A stretch of DNA of 64,000 nucleotides from Eukaryota sp. TZLM1-RC (GCA_040285825.1 JAUPSS010000001.1:1674001-1738000); one strand, 5' to 3'. Shown: positions 12,865 to 25,912, counted from the first letter of the stretch. Numbers and translations are program-made. The notes: a model not told the origin generated them from the letters alone.

Positions 12865-13080
12865 CAGCGATGACTAAAGTGGTGCAAAATATGGAATTAA
12901 AGTACTTTAAGGTTAATTTTATACTTTATACTTTATGCAGTAAAGTTGCTCAAAGTGAGATAAAGTAGTAACATTTTTGAAGTTGTCCTAGACTATTGTC
13001 AGAAGTGCATAGAAGTCATCACTTTATTGAAAAAAGTAAAGTAAAGTGTCTAAAGTACTTTATCACTTTAGTCACCCCTG
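12865..13080. mobile_element. 216-bp non-autonomous DNA transposon (MITE), hAT-like
   Basis: TIRs CAGCGATGACTAAAGTG / CACTTTAGTCACCCCTG (15/17 match); 8-bp TSD GGTTTTAT (12857-12864, 13081-13088); many subterminal AAAGT/ACTTT motifs. Confidence 0.88.
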
Positions 13081-13109
13081 GGTTTTATTGATTCTTCACA
13101 TCTGTTAAA

Positions 13110-13460
13110 GTGCCACTTGACAAACTGCTGATGTTTAAAAATGTCGACTCTTTAACATCAGATCCCACGGAACGTACTCTTCTTCGTCGGCAACGTTTAG
13201 GCGATACTTGTCCCAACTCTGGTCTTTCCAACATTCCTGTCCAAGGACTGGATTATGACAAAGTCTCTGGGCGCTGTTGTGAAAACGTCATTGGCTTCAT
13301 TCCTATTCCACTTGGTCTAGCTGGTCCTCTCCTTGTTGATTCTATCCCCTCACATATTCCCCTGGCTACCACTGAAGGATGTCTTGTAGCAAGCGTCCAC
13401 AGAGGTTGCAAGGCACTCACTCTATCTAACGGCACCACAACTCGTGTCCTCAGATCTGGT
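13110..13460 (+). pseudogene. HMGCR: 5' fragment of class I HMG-CoA reductase (likely ATG at 13131), truncated by a family A junction
   Basis: Motifs CCENVIGFIPIPLGLAGPL and PLATTEGCLVASVHRGCKA; after VLRSG the ORF runs into antisense A sequence. Confidence 0.9.
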
Positions 13461-14172
13461 ATCAAACGAGGGCACAACAACATCAGCACGTCGTTTTCCA
13501 TATTCTGAATCTCTTACGCTTTCATTTATATCAAGAGACCTCAACAAAGGTTCTACAAAAGATTCAATATGATAGGAATTACACATTGCATGGATTTGAT
13601 CTCTGACTGCATCATGCAACGTAGAACGATAGGAAATATATCTATTACAATTAAATAAATGTGATAATGTCAAACCAGCTCCACATTTACAAAACAAATC
13701 ATTGGGCAAATTACAAGGCCATAAATAACAACGCATTCTCATAGCAGTGGTCCATTGGTCGTCATTCAAAAATAGACCATAAATCTGGGGAATTTGATTT
13801 ATCAAAACTGCAGATGATCTGTCTTTCAAATCAATCAAAAAAATTGGCAAAAGCAGGATTTTCTTTCATAGCCGTGCTAAGTCGAACAATAAAATCCTTG
13901 TTTTCAAAATTTTTCAAAAGATGTCGTTGGAGCTTTTTCAACGCAAATTTTAATGAATATAAACTTCTGTCTGGAATTTCTTGAATGGAAATGGGGAAAC
14001 ATGATTGCCATAAGTCGGGAGATAAACTGGATATTTCTTCTCTTAAGTTATCCAGGAATATGCTATTTGTATTTTCAAGAAGATTTTCGGCAAAAGGATA
14101 TCTTCTAGAGAATTCAAATACAAAATTTTTCCACCACCAACAAATGCAGCTTTGGCCAAATATTTTGATGAA
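13461..14172 (-). mobile_element. Family A internal fragment (mosaic of short-type and normal-type SNPs)
   Basis: DRSSAV/AMKE/AKAAFV variants in the 5' part, DDQW/GAGLTLS in the 3' part; no tail. Confidence 0.85.
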
Positions 14173-15396
14173 TTTTTTTAATTTAATTTTAATTTATTTT
14201 CAAAACCACAGTCTAAAAAGTCAATTTCTTCAAAACAAGCTTCCACACCATCAAACCTTACAGCAGCAATGTTTTCATAATGTGCACTGACAGACATTAA
14301 AGCTTTCGAAATCATTTTAGGAATTGATTTGAAAATAGTAAAAACAATACGATTTAGCCACAAGCGACGATCAAAACGCTTATTCATTCTTTTTTTCACA
14401 AGATTTTCAAAAATCATCAATAAAATTCAAAGCAGTTTTTCCAAGACGACCATACAACGATATAGCAAATGGGAAAATTTGGTAATCTACATGGCGCGAA
14501 CATGTTTCAATTCTTTTAAAGGATTTGCATACTTTTTCCGTTTGTACAATTCGGAGTCATCAAGGAGGGATACTTCGGATTGAGCATTTTTCAAGGCATT
14601 TTCCTTGCATACATCCACTGTTACGACATCAACAACATTCATGACATCATCAAACGAGGGCACAACAACATCAGCACGTCGTTTTCCATATTCTGAATCT
14701 CTTACGCTTTCATTTATATCCAGAGACCTCAACAAAGGTTCTACAAAAGATTCAATATGATAGGAATTACACATTGCATGGATTTGATCTCTGACTGCAT
14801 CATGCAATGTAGAACGATAGAAAATATATCTATTACAATTAAATAAATGTAATAATGTCAAAGCAGCTCCACATTTACAAAACAAATCATTGGGCAAATT
14901 ACAAGGCCATAAATAACAACGCATTCTCATAGCAGTGGTCCATTGGCCGTCATTCAAAAATAGACCATAAATCTGGGGAATTTGATTTATCAAAACTGCA
15001 GATGATCTGTCTTTCAAATCAATCAAAAAATTGGCAAAAGCAGGATTTTCTTTCATAGCCGTGCTAAGTCGAACAATAAAATCCTTGTTTTCAAAATTTT
15101 TCAAAAGATGTCGTTGGAGCTTTTCAACGCAAATTTTAATGAATATAAACTTCTGTCTGGAATTTCTTGAATGGAAATGGGGAAACATGATTGCCATAAG
15201 TCGGGAGATAAACTGGATATTTCTTCTCTTAAGTTATCCAGGAATATGCTATTTGTATTTTCAAGAAGATTTTTCGGCAAAAGGATATCTTCTAGAGAAT
15301 TCAAATACAAAATTTTTCCACCACCAACAAATGCAGCTTTGGCCAAATATTTTGATGAATTGAATCCAACACCGCCAAGTTGAACATCAGAAAAAA
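14173..15396 (-). mobile_element. A-short: 1.2 kb RT-less derivative, copy 1
   Basis: Starts at TTTTTTCTGATGTTCAAC; diagnostic variants AKAAFV, AMKE, DRSS, DGQW, AALTLL, IFYR, KEN, +GC frameshift. Confidence 0.88.
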
Positions 15397-16620
15397 TTTT
15401 TTTGTAAAATTTTAATTTATTTTCAAAACCACAGTCTAAAAGTCAATATCTTCAAAACAAGCTTCCACACCATCAAACCTTACAGCAGCAATGTTTTCAT
15501 AATGTGCACTGACAGACATTAAAGCTTTCGAAATCATTTTAGGAATTGATTTGAAAATAGTAAAAACAATACGATTTAGCCACAAGCGACGATCAAAACG
15601 CTTATTCATTCTTTTTTTCACAAGATTTTCAAAATCATCAATAAAATTCAAAGCAGTTTTTTTCCAAGACGACCATACAACGATATAGCAAATGGGAAAA
15701 TTTGGTAATCTACATGGCGCGAACATGTTTCAATTCTTTTAAAGGATTTGCATACTTTTTCCGTTTGTACAATTCGGAGTCATCAAGGGGGATACTTCGG
15801 ATTGAGCATTTTTCAAGGCATTTTCCTTGCATACATCCACTGTTACGACATCAACAACATTCATGACATCATCAAACGAGGGCACAACAACATCAGCACG
15901 TCGTTTTCCATATTCTGAATCTCTTACGCTTTCATTTATATCCAGAGACCTCAACAAAGGTTCTACAAAAGATTCAATATGATAGGAATTACACAATTGC
16001 ATGGATTTGATCTCTGACTGCATCATGCAATGTAGAACGATAGAAAATATATCTATTACAATTAAATAAATGTAATAATGTCAAAGCAGCTCCACATTTA
16101 CAAAACAAATCATTGGGCAAATTACAAGGCCATAAATAACAACGCATTCTCATAGCAGTGGTCCATTGGCCGTCATTCAAAAATAGACCATAAATCTGGG
16201 GAATTTGATTTATCAAAACTGCAGATGATCTGTCTTTCAAATCAATCAAAAAATTGGCAAAAGCAGGATTTTCTTTCATAGCCGTGCTAAGTCGAACAAT
16301 AAAATCCTTGTTTTCAAAATTTTTCAAAAGATGTCGTTGGAGCTTTTTCAACGCAAATTTTAATGAATATAAACTTCTGTCTGGAATTTCTTGAATGGAA
16401 ATGGGGAAACATGATTGCCATAAGTCGGGGAGATAAACTGGATATTTCTTCTCTTAAGTTATCCAGGAATATGCTATTTGTATTTTCAAGAAGATTTTCG
16501 GCAAAAGGATATCTTCTAGAGAATTCAAATACAAAATTTTTTCCACCACCAACAAATGCAGCTTTGGCCAAATATTTTGATGAATTGAATCCAACACCGC
16601 CAAGTTGAACATCAGAAAAA
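15397..16620 (-). mobile_element. A-short copy 2 (tandem)
   Basis: Same start point and diagnostic variants as copy 1. Confidence 0.88.
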
Positions 16621-16970
16621 TGTTTTTTGTAAAATTTTAATTTATTTACAAAACCACAGTCTAAAAGTCAATATCTTCAAAACAAGCTTCCACACCATCA
16701 AACCTTACAGCAGCAATGTTTTCATAATGTGCACTGACAGACATTAAAGCTTTCGAAATCATTTTAGGAATTGATTTGAAAATAGTAAAAACAATACGAT
16801 TTAGCCACAAGCAACGATCAAAACGCTTATTCATTCTTTTTTTCACAAGATTTTCAAAATCATCAATAAAATTCAAAGCAGTTTTTCCAAGACGACCATA
16901 CAACGATATAGCAAATGGGCAAATTTGGTAATCTACACGGCGAACATGTTTCAATTCTTTTAAAGGATTT
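16621..16970 (-). mobile_element. Family A 3' fragment (~350 bp)
   Basis: NPLKELKHV...ACFEDIDF + tail. Confidence 0.85.
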
Positions 16971-17371
16971 TTTTTAAAATTTAATTTTATTCTAAACCTA
17001 TACCTATAAATCAATATCTAAAAAATCCATCTCTCCCAAAACAAAAACACTAGATGCAACTCTCTCATAGTGAGATCCAAGAGAAAGCAAAGCATCAGAA
17101 ACCATCTTCAACATCCCCTTAAAAATAGAAAACACAATTCTATTTTGCCAAAACAATCTGTTGAAATTTCTGCCAGTTCTTCTCTTTACAATCATTTCAA
17201 AATCATCCAAAAAACGTAAAGCAGTTGGTGCAAGTGAACCAAAAAGGGAAAATACAAATGGATACAAATTGTATTTTGCATGCTGTAGACTGGCCAATTT
17301 GGACAAAGGTTCATTGTATTTTTTGAATTTAAAATTTTCAGCATTTGAAAGGGGATTATGAATTTCAGAAT
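16968..17371 (-). mobile_element. Family B 3' fragment (~400 bp)
   Basis: ..MDFLDIDL + tail; same 5' breakpoint as 44858-45253. Confidence 0.87.
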
Positions 17372-18594
17372 TTTTTTTAACATACTTTTAATTTATTTTC
17401 AAAACCACAGTCTAAAAGTCAATATCTTCAAAACAAGCTTCCACACCATCAAACCTTACAGCAGCAATGTTTTCATAATGTGCACTGACAGACATTAAAG
17501 CTTTCGAAATCATTTTAGGAATTGATTTGAAAATAGTAAAAACAATACGATTTAGCCACAAGCGACGATCAAAACGCTTATTCATTCTTTTTTTCACAAG
17601 ATTTTCAAAATCATCAATAAAATTCAAAGCAGTTTTTCCAAGACGACCATACAACGATATAGCAAATGGGAAAATTTGGTAATCTACATGGCGCGAACAT
17701 GTTTCAATTCTTTTAAAGGATTTGCATACTTTTTCCGTTTGTACAATTCGGAGTCATCAAGGAGGGATACTTCGGATTGAGCATTTTTCAAGGCATTTTC
17801 CTTGCATACATCCACTGTTACGACATCAACAACATTCATGACATCATCAAACGAGGGCACAACAACATCAGCACGTCGTTTTCCATATTCTGAATCTCTT
17901 ACGCTTTCATTTATATCCAGAGACCTCAACAAAGGTTCTACAAAAGATTCAATATGATAGGAATTACACATTGCATGGATTTGATCTCTGACTGCATCAT
18001 GCAATGTAGAACGATAGAAAATATATCTATTACAATTAAATAAATGTAATAATGTCAAAGCAGCTCCACATTTACAAAAACAAATCATTGGGCAAATTAC
18101 AAGGCCATAAATAACAACGCATTCTCATAGCAGTGGTCCATTGGCCGTCATTCAAAAATAGACCATAAATCTGGGGAATTTGATTTATCAAAACTGCAGA
18201 TGATCTGTCTTTCAAATCAATCAAAAAATTGGCAAAAGCAGGATTTTCTTTCATAGCCGTGCTAAGTCGAACAATAAAATCCTTGTTTTCAAAATTTTTC
18301 AAAAGATGTCGTTGGAGCTTTTCAACGCAAATTTTAATGAATATAAACTTCTGTCTGGAATTTCTTGAATGGAAATGGGGAAACATGATTGCCATAAGTC
18401 GGGAGATAAACTGGATATTTCTTCTCTTAAGTTATCCAGGAATATGCTATTTGTATTTTCAAGAAGATTTTCGGCAAAAGGATATCTTCTAGAGAATTCA
18501 AATACAAAATTTTTTCCACCACCAACAAATGCAGCTTTGGCCAAATATTTTGATGAATTGAATCCAACACCGCCAAGTTGAACATCAGAAAAAA
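17372..18594 (-). mobile_element. A-short copy 3
   Basis: Same start and variants; tail tag AAAAGTATGTT-A(n). Confidence 0.88.
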
Positions 18595-19557
18595 TTTTTT
18601 TTTGTAAAATTTTAATTTATTTTCAAAACCACAGTCTAAAAGTCAATATCTTCAAAACAAGCTTCCACACCATCAAACCTTACAGCAGCAATGTTTTCAT
18701 AATGTGCACTGACAGACATTAAAGCTTTCGAAATCATTTGAGGAATTGATTTGAAAATAGTAAAAACAATACGATTTAGCCACAAGCGACGATCAAAACG
18801 CTTATTCATTCTTTTTTTCACAAGATTTTCAAAATCATCAATAAAATTCAAAGCAGTTTTTCCAAGACGACCATACAACGATATAGCAAATGGGCAAATT
18901 TGGTAATCTACATGGCGAACATGTTTCAATTCTTTTAAAGGATTTGCATACTTTTTCCGTTTGTACAATTCGGAGTCATCAAGGGGGATACTTCGGATTG
19001 AGCATTTTTCAAGGCATTTTTCTTGCATACATCCACTGTTACGACATCAACAACATTCATGACATCATCAAACGAGGGCACAACAACATCAGCACATCGT
19101 TTTCCATATTCTGAATCTCTTACGCTTTCATTTATATCAAGAGACCTCAACAAAGGTTCTACAAAAGATTCAATATGATAGGAATTACACATTGCATGGA
19201 TTTGATCTCTAACTGCATCATGCAACGTAGAACGATAGGAAATATATCTATTACAATTAAATAAATGTGATAATGTCAAACCAGCTCCACATTTACAAAA
19301 CAAATCATTGGGCAAATTACAAGGCCATAAATAACAACGCATTCTCATAGCAGTGGTCCATTGGTCGTCATTCAAAAATAGACCATAAATCTGGGGAATT
19401 TGATTTATCAAAACTGCAGATGAACTGTCCTTCAAATCAATCAAAAAATTGGCAAAAGCAGGATTTTCTTTCTTAGCCGTGCTGAGTCGAACAATAAAAT
19501 CCTTGTTTTCCAAATTTTTCAAAAGATGTCGTTGGAGCTTTTTCAACGCAAATTTTA

Positions 19558-20675
19558 TAATTTTTTATAATTTTGATAGAATGTTGTGTTAGTGACTATT
19601 TAGTGTCCTTGCAGAGTGAAATTGAATGCATCTCTCCTCACATATGGTCCAAATGCTATCCTGCTGATATTCAAGAAATTCCACCCAGGAGTTTGATTTC
19701 CTTGAAATTTGCATATGCTAAATTGCAGAAAAAGATATTAAAAGTTTTTGAAAACTTGGATTTCACTGTTCGTCTTAGCTTGGCTAAAGAAAAGAATCCC
19801 GTTTTTGCAAACTTTTTAATTGACCTCAAGGATAGTAGCTCAAGTTGTCTTATTTCCCAGATTCCAAATGTATATGGTCTATTATTAAATGATCATCAAT
19901 GGACAACTGCCTTCAGGATGAGGTGTTTCCTGTGGCCATGTAGTGTGCCAAATGATTTGATTTGTCGTTGTGGTCAGCTCATTAATCTGAATCATTTATT
20001 TAATTGCAAATTTAATATTACATATCGCTCAGTTGTTCACGATGCTGTTAGAGACCAACTATACGCTATGTGCAAAAGCCATCACATTGAAGCTTTTGTT
20101 GAACCACTTGTGCGAAGGTTGTCATCTGAAAATGAAAATGAAAATACTTTTGGGAAACGCCGTGCTGATTTAATTACTCCTGCGTCTGATGGTGTTATTA
20201 AAGTTGTTGATGTTGTCACTGTTGATGTTTGTAAAGACTCAGCAATTGACTTTGCTAAAAGAGATGAAACTCCACTTTGCTTTGCTGAAAAGAGCAAAAT
20301 CAAAAAGTACAATGAACCCTTATCTCAGCTAGGACGTGTTGAGCATGTCAGGTATCAGTTGGTTCCATTTGCTGTTTCTCTTTTTGGTAACATTGGAATA
20401 TCTGGCATTAAATTTCTTGAAGGTTTCAGAAGTTTAATAAAAGAAAGAGCAGGAAAAGAATTGAACTTCAATTTCTGGCACAATAGAATTGTTTTCAGTA
20501 TTCTTAAAGCAATTCCAGAAATGTTGACCAAAGCACTGTTACAATTAGGAAAAGAGTATGAAAATCGCGCGCTTAAAAGATTTGATGATGTTGATGCGTG
20601 TAGTGAGGATATTGAGTTCTAGTTTTTTGTTTAATGTTTTGTTAGCGTTGAAAATAAATTTATTCTTTCAAAAAA
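19558..20675 (+). mobile_element. Family D element, 5'-truncated, inserted in A
   Basis: ORF 19573-20622 (..ACSEDIEF); TSD AAATTTTA at 19550-19557 and 20676-20683; AT filler at the 5' junction. Confidence 0.9.
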
Positions 20676-21546
20676 AAATTTTAATGAATATAAACTTCTG
20701 TCTGGAATTTCTTGAATGGATATGGGGAAACATGATTGCCATAAGTCGGGAGATAAACTGGATATTTCTTCTCTTAAGTTATCCAGGAATAGGCTATTTG
20801 TATTTTCAAGAAGATTTTCGGCAAAAGGATATCTTCTAGAGAATTCAAATACAAAATTTTTTCCACCACCAATAAATGCAGCTTTGGTCAAATATTTTGA
20901 TGAATTGAATCCAACACCACCAAGTTGAACATCAGAAAAAATATGATTTTTCAAAATTGATGGATCAACAGACATTAAATAAGCCAAAAATTGGGTACGT
21001 ATTTTGTTAAATTGTCTACAAAAATTGTAAGTTAGGGATGGAGGTAATGATCGCAGTAAATGAGTAATTTTTCCAGCATAACAAATTTTCAAAAGAAAAA
21101 ACTTAAGATGTTTTTCCAATTCAAGAGTTTTTATGACTTCTAGCTCTTTTTTAATTGAATTTAAATAATTTTCAAGGCTGTCAAGTGTCTTTTCGGCGGA
21201 ACCTAAATAACAACCCAGAAAGCAGAAACTAGTTGAAGTATAATCAATATATGGAACTTCGAGGGAATTAATTATTAACTTAACATTTTTTCTAGAAATA
21301 CAAAAACATTTTTGAACATTCAAGTCAAGACCTATGGATTGGTATAATGTAGCAGCTTCATTAGCAACCCTATTAATTGTACTTTCTGGACCAATGCAAG
21401 AAATGTCATCCATGTAAGCTACCACTTGAAGGTCAGAATTTTCTTCTTTTAATTTTTTCAAAATTGGGTGAATTGCAAGACAAAAAAAGAAAGGACCTAA
21501 AGGGTCTCCTTGTTTAACTCCTGATAAAGAATCCAGATTAAAAGAA

Positions 21547-22378
21547 GACAGTTGCTCAAGTTGCTTAATCTCCCAAATTCCCAACATTTACGGCCTTCTA
21601 CTTAATGATCACCAATGGACCACTGCAATGAGATTGAGATGTTTTCTATGGCCTTGTTCATTACCAAATGATTTAATTTGTCGATGCAAGAGTGTTGTTA
21701 CGCTTTCCCATATTTTAAACTGTAAGTATTTCATAACTTATCGCTCACTTGTTCATGACTCAGTTCGTGATCAATTATATGCCATGTGCAAAAGTTTCAA
21801 TATAGAGGCATTATTTGAGCCACTAGTACGTAAGCTGTCTTCAGATCAAACTGATGATTCCTTTGGTAAAAGAAGGGCAGATTTAGTAGCTCCAGGGATC
21901 GATGGTGTTCTCAATGTTGTAGACGTTGTCTCAGTGGATGTTTGCAAAAATTCTGCTGCTCGTTTAGTGTATTCCGCTGACTCGCCGTTATCTAACGCCG
22001 AAAAAAAGAAGATAAAAAAATATGAAGAACCTTTGGCACAGTTAGGTAGAGTGGAACATGTGAAATATCAGTTTGTGCCGTTTGCAATTTCTCTTTTTGG
22101 CAATATTGGACCTTCAGGCTTGCACTTTTTGGAAAATTTTAAAAAAGTGTTACTGAATAGGTCTGGTAAAATAATGAACTCCACTTTCTGGTTAAATAGA
22201 ATTGTTTTTTGCATTTTCAAGTCTATTCCTACAATGATTTCAAAGGCACTTTTAGCTATCGGTGTAGAATATGAACGTTATGCTGTGAGTAGGTTCAGCA
22301 ATAGTGACGCTTGTTTGGAGGATATTGAATTCTAGATGGTTATTTTTATCTCAATAAATATTCCAGTTATAAAAAAAA
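21547..22378 (+). mobile_element. Family F element, 5'-truncated, inserted in A
   Basis: ORF 21628-22335 (..ACLEDIEF); TSD AGATTAAAAGAA at 21535-21546 and 22379-22390. Confidence 0.92.
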
Positions 22379-24242
22379 AGATTAAAAGAATTAAAAATTA
22401 AATCAGATGAATTACCATAAAACCTATAAAAAAAGGTTTCGAGTTCAGGAAAATTTGATTTGATTTCTTTCCAAATTGAATCTCTTTTCACTGAATTGAA
22501 AGCATTTTTGAAATCAAGATTAAAAATGCAACTATTTTCGTGACAATTGAAAAACAGATCAGATGTCAAAGCTGCAACTGAAGCTCCATCTATGGTTTTG
22601 ATTCCATATTGGAATGGAGAAAAGTATTCTTTAGCTTTTGTTGAAACTCGATTAAAAATTACTGAAGACATCAGGCGATAAATGGCTTCACCAATGGCAA
22701 TTGGGCGAACTTTTCCATTAGGTTTAGTTAAAGCCACTAACCGTGATGCACTTAATTCTTTTGGTGGAACAATTTTCATTGTCAAAACATCTTGAAAAAA
22801 GGAACATAAATCTTTAATAATAAAGGAATTTTGGCGGCACACAGATTTCAGCATATCAAAAGTAATTCCAGATGGACCTGGAGCTTTTCCAGATGGAAGA
22901 CGGAAAATGGCAGTTTCAACTTCTTTTTCAGAAAGTGGATTTTGTTTCCAAAATTGTGAAGCTGATGGTTTATCCAAATTAAGAAATTCAGCTGGATGCA
23001 GATCCACTAATTGATTTACAGTTTCATCAGTCACAGGAGCAAGATCAGATGAGAACAGAGCGTTTTTCCCTGAACCATATCTCCCACGTAGCAAAAGTTT
23101 TCGTACAGTCTTATTCTTGGGTTGTTTCTTTGGAGTGAAAACCTTTTGGGGACGAGAACCTGATTTTTGTTCAAGGAAGAATTTCCAAATAGAAAATATA
23201 TCCCATTCACCTTTTTTCAAAGCAAGACTGAATGTTCTAAACGCAACAGAAAAGGGAATGGAAGCCTTGGGACTGAGAACATTCGGAATCTTACATGGAG
23301 GCCGTAATGTATCAAGCGAGGAGCAAACATGGCATACATATAAATTATTTTTTAAAATATATCTTTCAGCTTTTTCATTACAAATAGCACAATTATCAAT
23401 TTGACTTGCTTCAAGGGGAATATCTAACATCACTGCATCATTGTCTTCTGCAGTGCACTCATCTTTGGGAGGTAAATTAAATTCTAAATTATGTAATTCA
23501 GCGGCAGCGGCGGTTACAGAATAAGAAATAGATGGATTTTGATAATTTTCACATTTTTTAGAATTCTTTTTATGACCAACTTTATGACAAGATGAGCAAC
23601 GGGGAACATTTTTTGAGAGTTTAGTGTTTTTTGTGGCACGCTGATCATTTTTTGAATTTGAAATTTTTTGAGAAGAATTTCGAGCATAGCTTGGAGGGTG
23701 GGGAGAGTGGAGGAGTGAAGGGGATGAGCTTGATCTGACGGGTAGAACCTTCACTTGGGCATTCCAATCAGTATCGGAGTCACTATCTGCCTCTGGCATC
23801 GTTTAGGGAGAGACACAGTACAACTTTGACGCCAACACAGAAAGTGAAAAATGAGAGGCTTGACCAAGGGAGGGAGAAAAAAAAAGTCGCATTTTTAATG
23901 AACAAAGAACTAATTTTTTAGCAAAATTATTGGAAATTGATGCATCTCAGTTACGAAGTCACATTTTTTGTGGTACAAATTTTGGTGGTGTTGATTTTCA
24001 TAAGTCAAGCTACCTTTGTAAAGCTGCCTTTATTGGAGGTGGAAAGAATTTTATTTATGAATTTGTGAATCGTTTTCCTGAAAAAATTCATCTCATTGAA
24101 AATTGTGGCAGCTCCTATCTTATTTCTTTGCAACAGGAAATTGAAACTCTTTCACCCAATATTTGGGCTAAATGTTTCCCCTCTGATATTGTGGAACTTC
24201 CTTCAAGAAGCTTGCTCTCCTTACCATTGACTTTTGCAAAAT

Positions 24243-25912
24243 TGCATCCAGCTGAATTTCTTAATTTGGATAAACCATCTGCTTCACAATTTTGGAAACA
24301 AAATCCACTTTCTGAAAAAGAAGTTGAAACTGCCATTTTCCGTCTTCCATCTGGAAAAGCTCCAGGTCCATCTGGAATTACTTTTGATTGATTATACTTC
24401 AACTAGTTTCTGCTTTCTGGGTTGCTATTTAGGTTCCGCCGAAAAGACACTTGACAGCCTTGAAAATTATTTAAATTCAATTAAAAAAGAGCTAGAAGTC
24501 ATAAAAACTCTTGAATTGGAAAAACATCTTAAGTTTTTTCTTTTGAAAATTTGTTATGCTGGAAAAATTACTCATTTACTGCGATCATTACCTCCATCCC
24601 TAACTTACAATTTTTGTAGACAATTTAACAAAATACGTACCCAATTTTTGGCTTATTTAATGTCTGTTGATCCATCAATTTTGAAAAATCATATTTTTTC
24701 TGATGTTCAACTTGGCGGTGTTGGATTCAATTCATCAAAATATTTGACCAAAGCTGCATTTATTGGTGGTGGAAAAATTTTGTATTTGAATTCTCTAGAA
24801 GATATCCTTTGCCGAAAATCTTCTTGAAAATACAAATAGCATATTCCTGGATAACTTAAGAGAAGAAATATCCAGTTTATCTCCCGACTTATGGCAATCA
24901 TGTTTCCCCATATCCATTCAAGAAATTCCAGACAGAAGTTTATATTCATTAAAATTTGCGTTGAAAAAGCTCCAACGACATCTTTTGAAAAATTTTGAAA
25001 ACAAGGATTTTATTGTTCGACTTAGCACGGCTAAGAAAGAAAAATCCTGCTTTTGCCAATTTTTTGATTGATTTGAAGGACAGTTCATCTGCAGTTTTGA
25101 TAAATCAAATTCCCCAGATTTATGGTCTATTTTTGAATGACGACCAATGGACCACTGCTATGAGAATGCGTTGTTATTTATGGCCTTGTAATTTGCCCAA
25201 TGATTTGTTTTGTAAATGTGGAGCTGGTTTGACATTATCACATTTATTTAATTGTAATAGATATATTTCCTATCGTTCTACGTTGCATGATGCAGTCAGA
25301 GATCAAATCCATGCAATGTGTAATTCCTATCATATTGAATCTTTTGTAGAACCTTTGTTGAGGTCTCTTGATATAAATGAAAGCGTAAGAGATTCAGAAT
25401 ATGGAAAACGACGTGCTGATGTTGTTGTGCCCTCGTTTGATGATGTCATGAATGTTGTTGATGTCGTAACAGTGGATGTTTGCAAGAAAAATGCCTTGAA
25501 AAATGCTCAATCCGAAGTATCCCCCCTTGATGACTCCGAATTGTACAAACGGAAAAAGTATGCAAATCCTTTAAAAGAATTGAAACATGTTCGCCATGTA
25601 GATTACCAAATTTGCCCATTTGCTATATCGTTGTATGGTCGTCTTGGAAAAACTGCTTTGAATTTTATTGATGATTTTGAAAATCTTGTGAAAAAAAGAA
25701 TGAATAAGCGTTTTGATCGTCGCTTGTGGCTAAATCGTATTGTTTTTACTATTTTCAAATCAATTCCTAAAATGATTTCGAAAGCTTTAATGTCTGTCAG
25801 TGCACATTATGAAAACATTGCTGCTGTAAGGTTTGATGGTGTGGAAGCTTGTTTTGAAGAAATTGACTTTTAGACTGTGGTTTTGAAAATAAATTAAAAT
25901 TAAATTAAAAAA
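24243..25912 (+). mobile_element. Family A element, 5'-truncated, with an internal RT deletion at ~24388
   Basis: LHPAEFL..SGITFD joined directly to IDYTSTS..; ends EEIDF + poly(A); 3' flank is F. Confidence 0.87.

Larger units (their letters stand above)
18595..23885 (-). mobile_element. Family A full-length element (pieces 18595-19557, 20676-21546, 22379-23885), probably a recombinant
   Basis: 5' T9-CTCCCTCCC at 23885, ATG 23799, tail at 18595; pieces rejoin across two TSDs and sum to ~3.3 kb. Confidence 0.88.

Noticed and set aside
13110-13508. Functional HMGCR or HMGCR-element fusion gene
   Set aside because: Only ~110 codons of the catalytic domain; the remainder is 15 codons of antisense A
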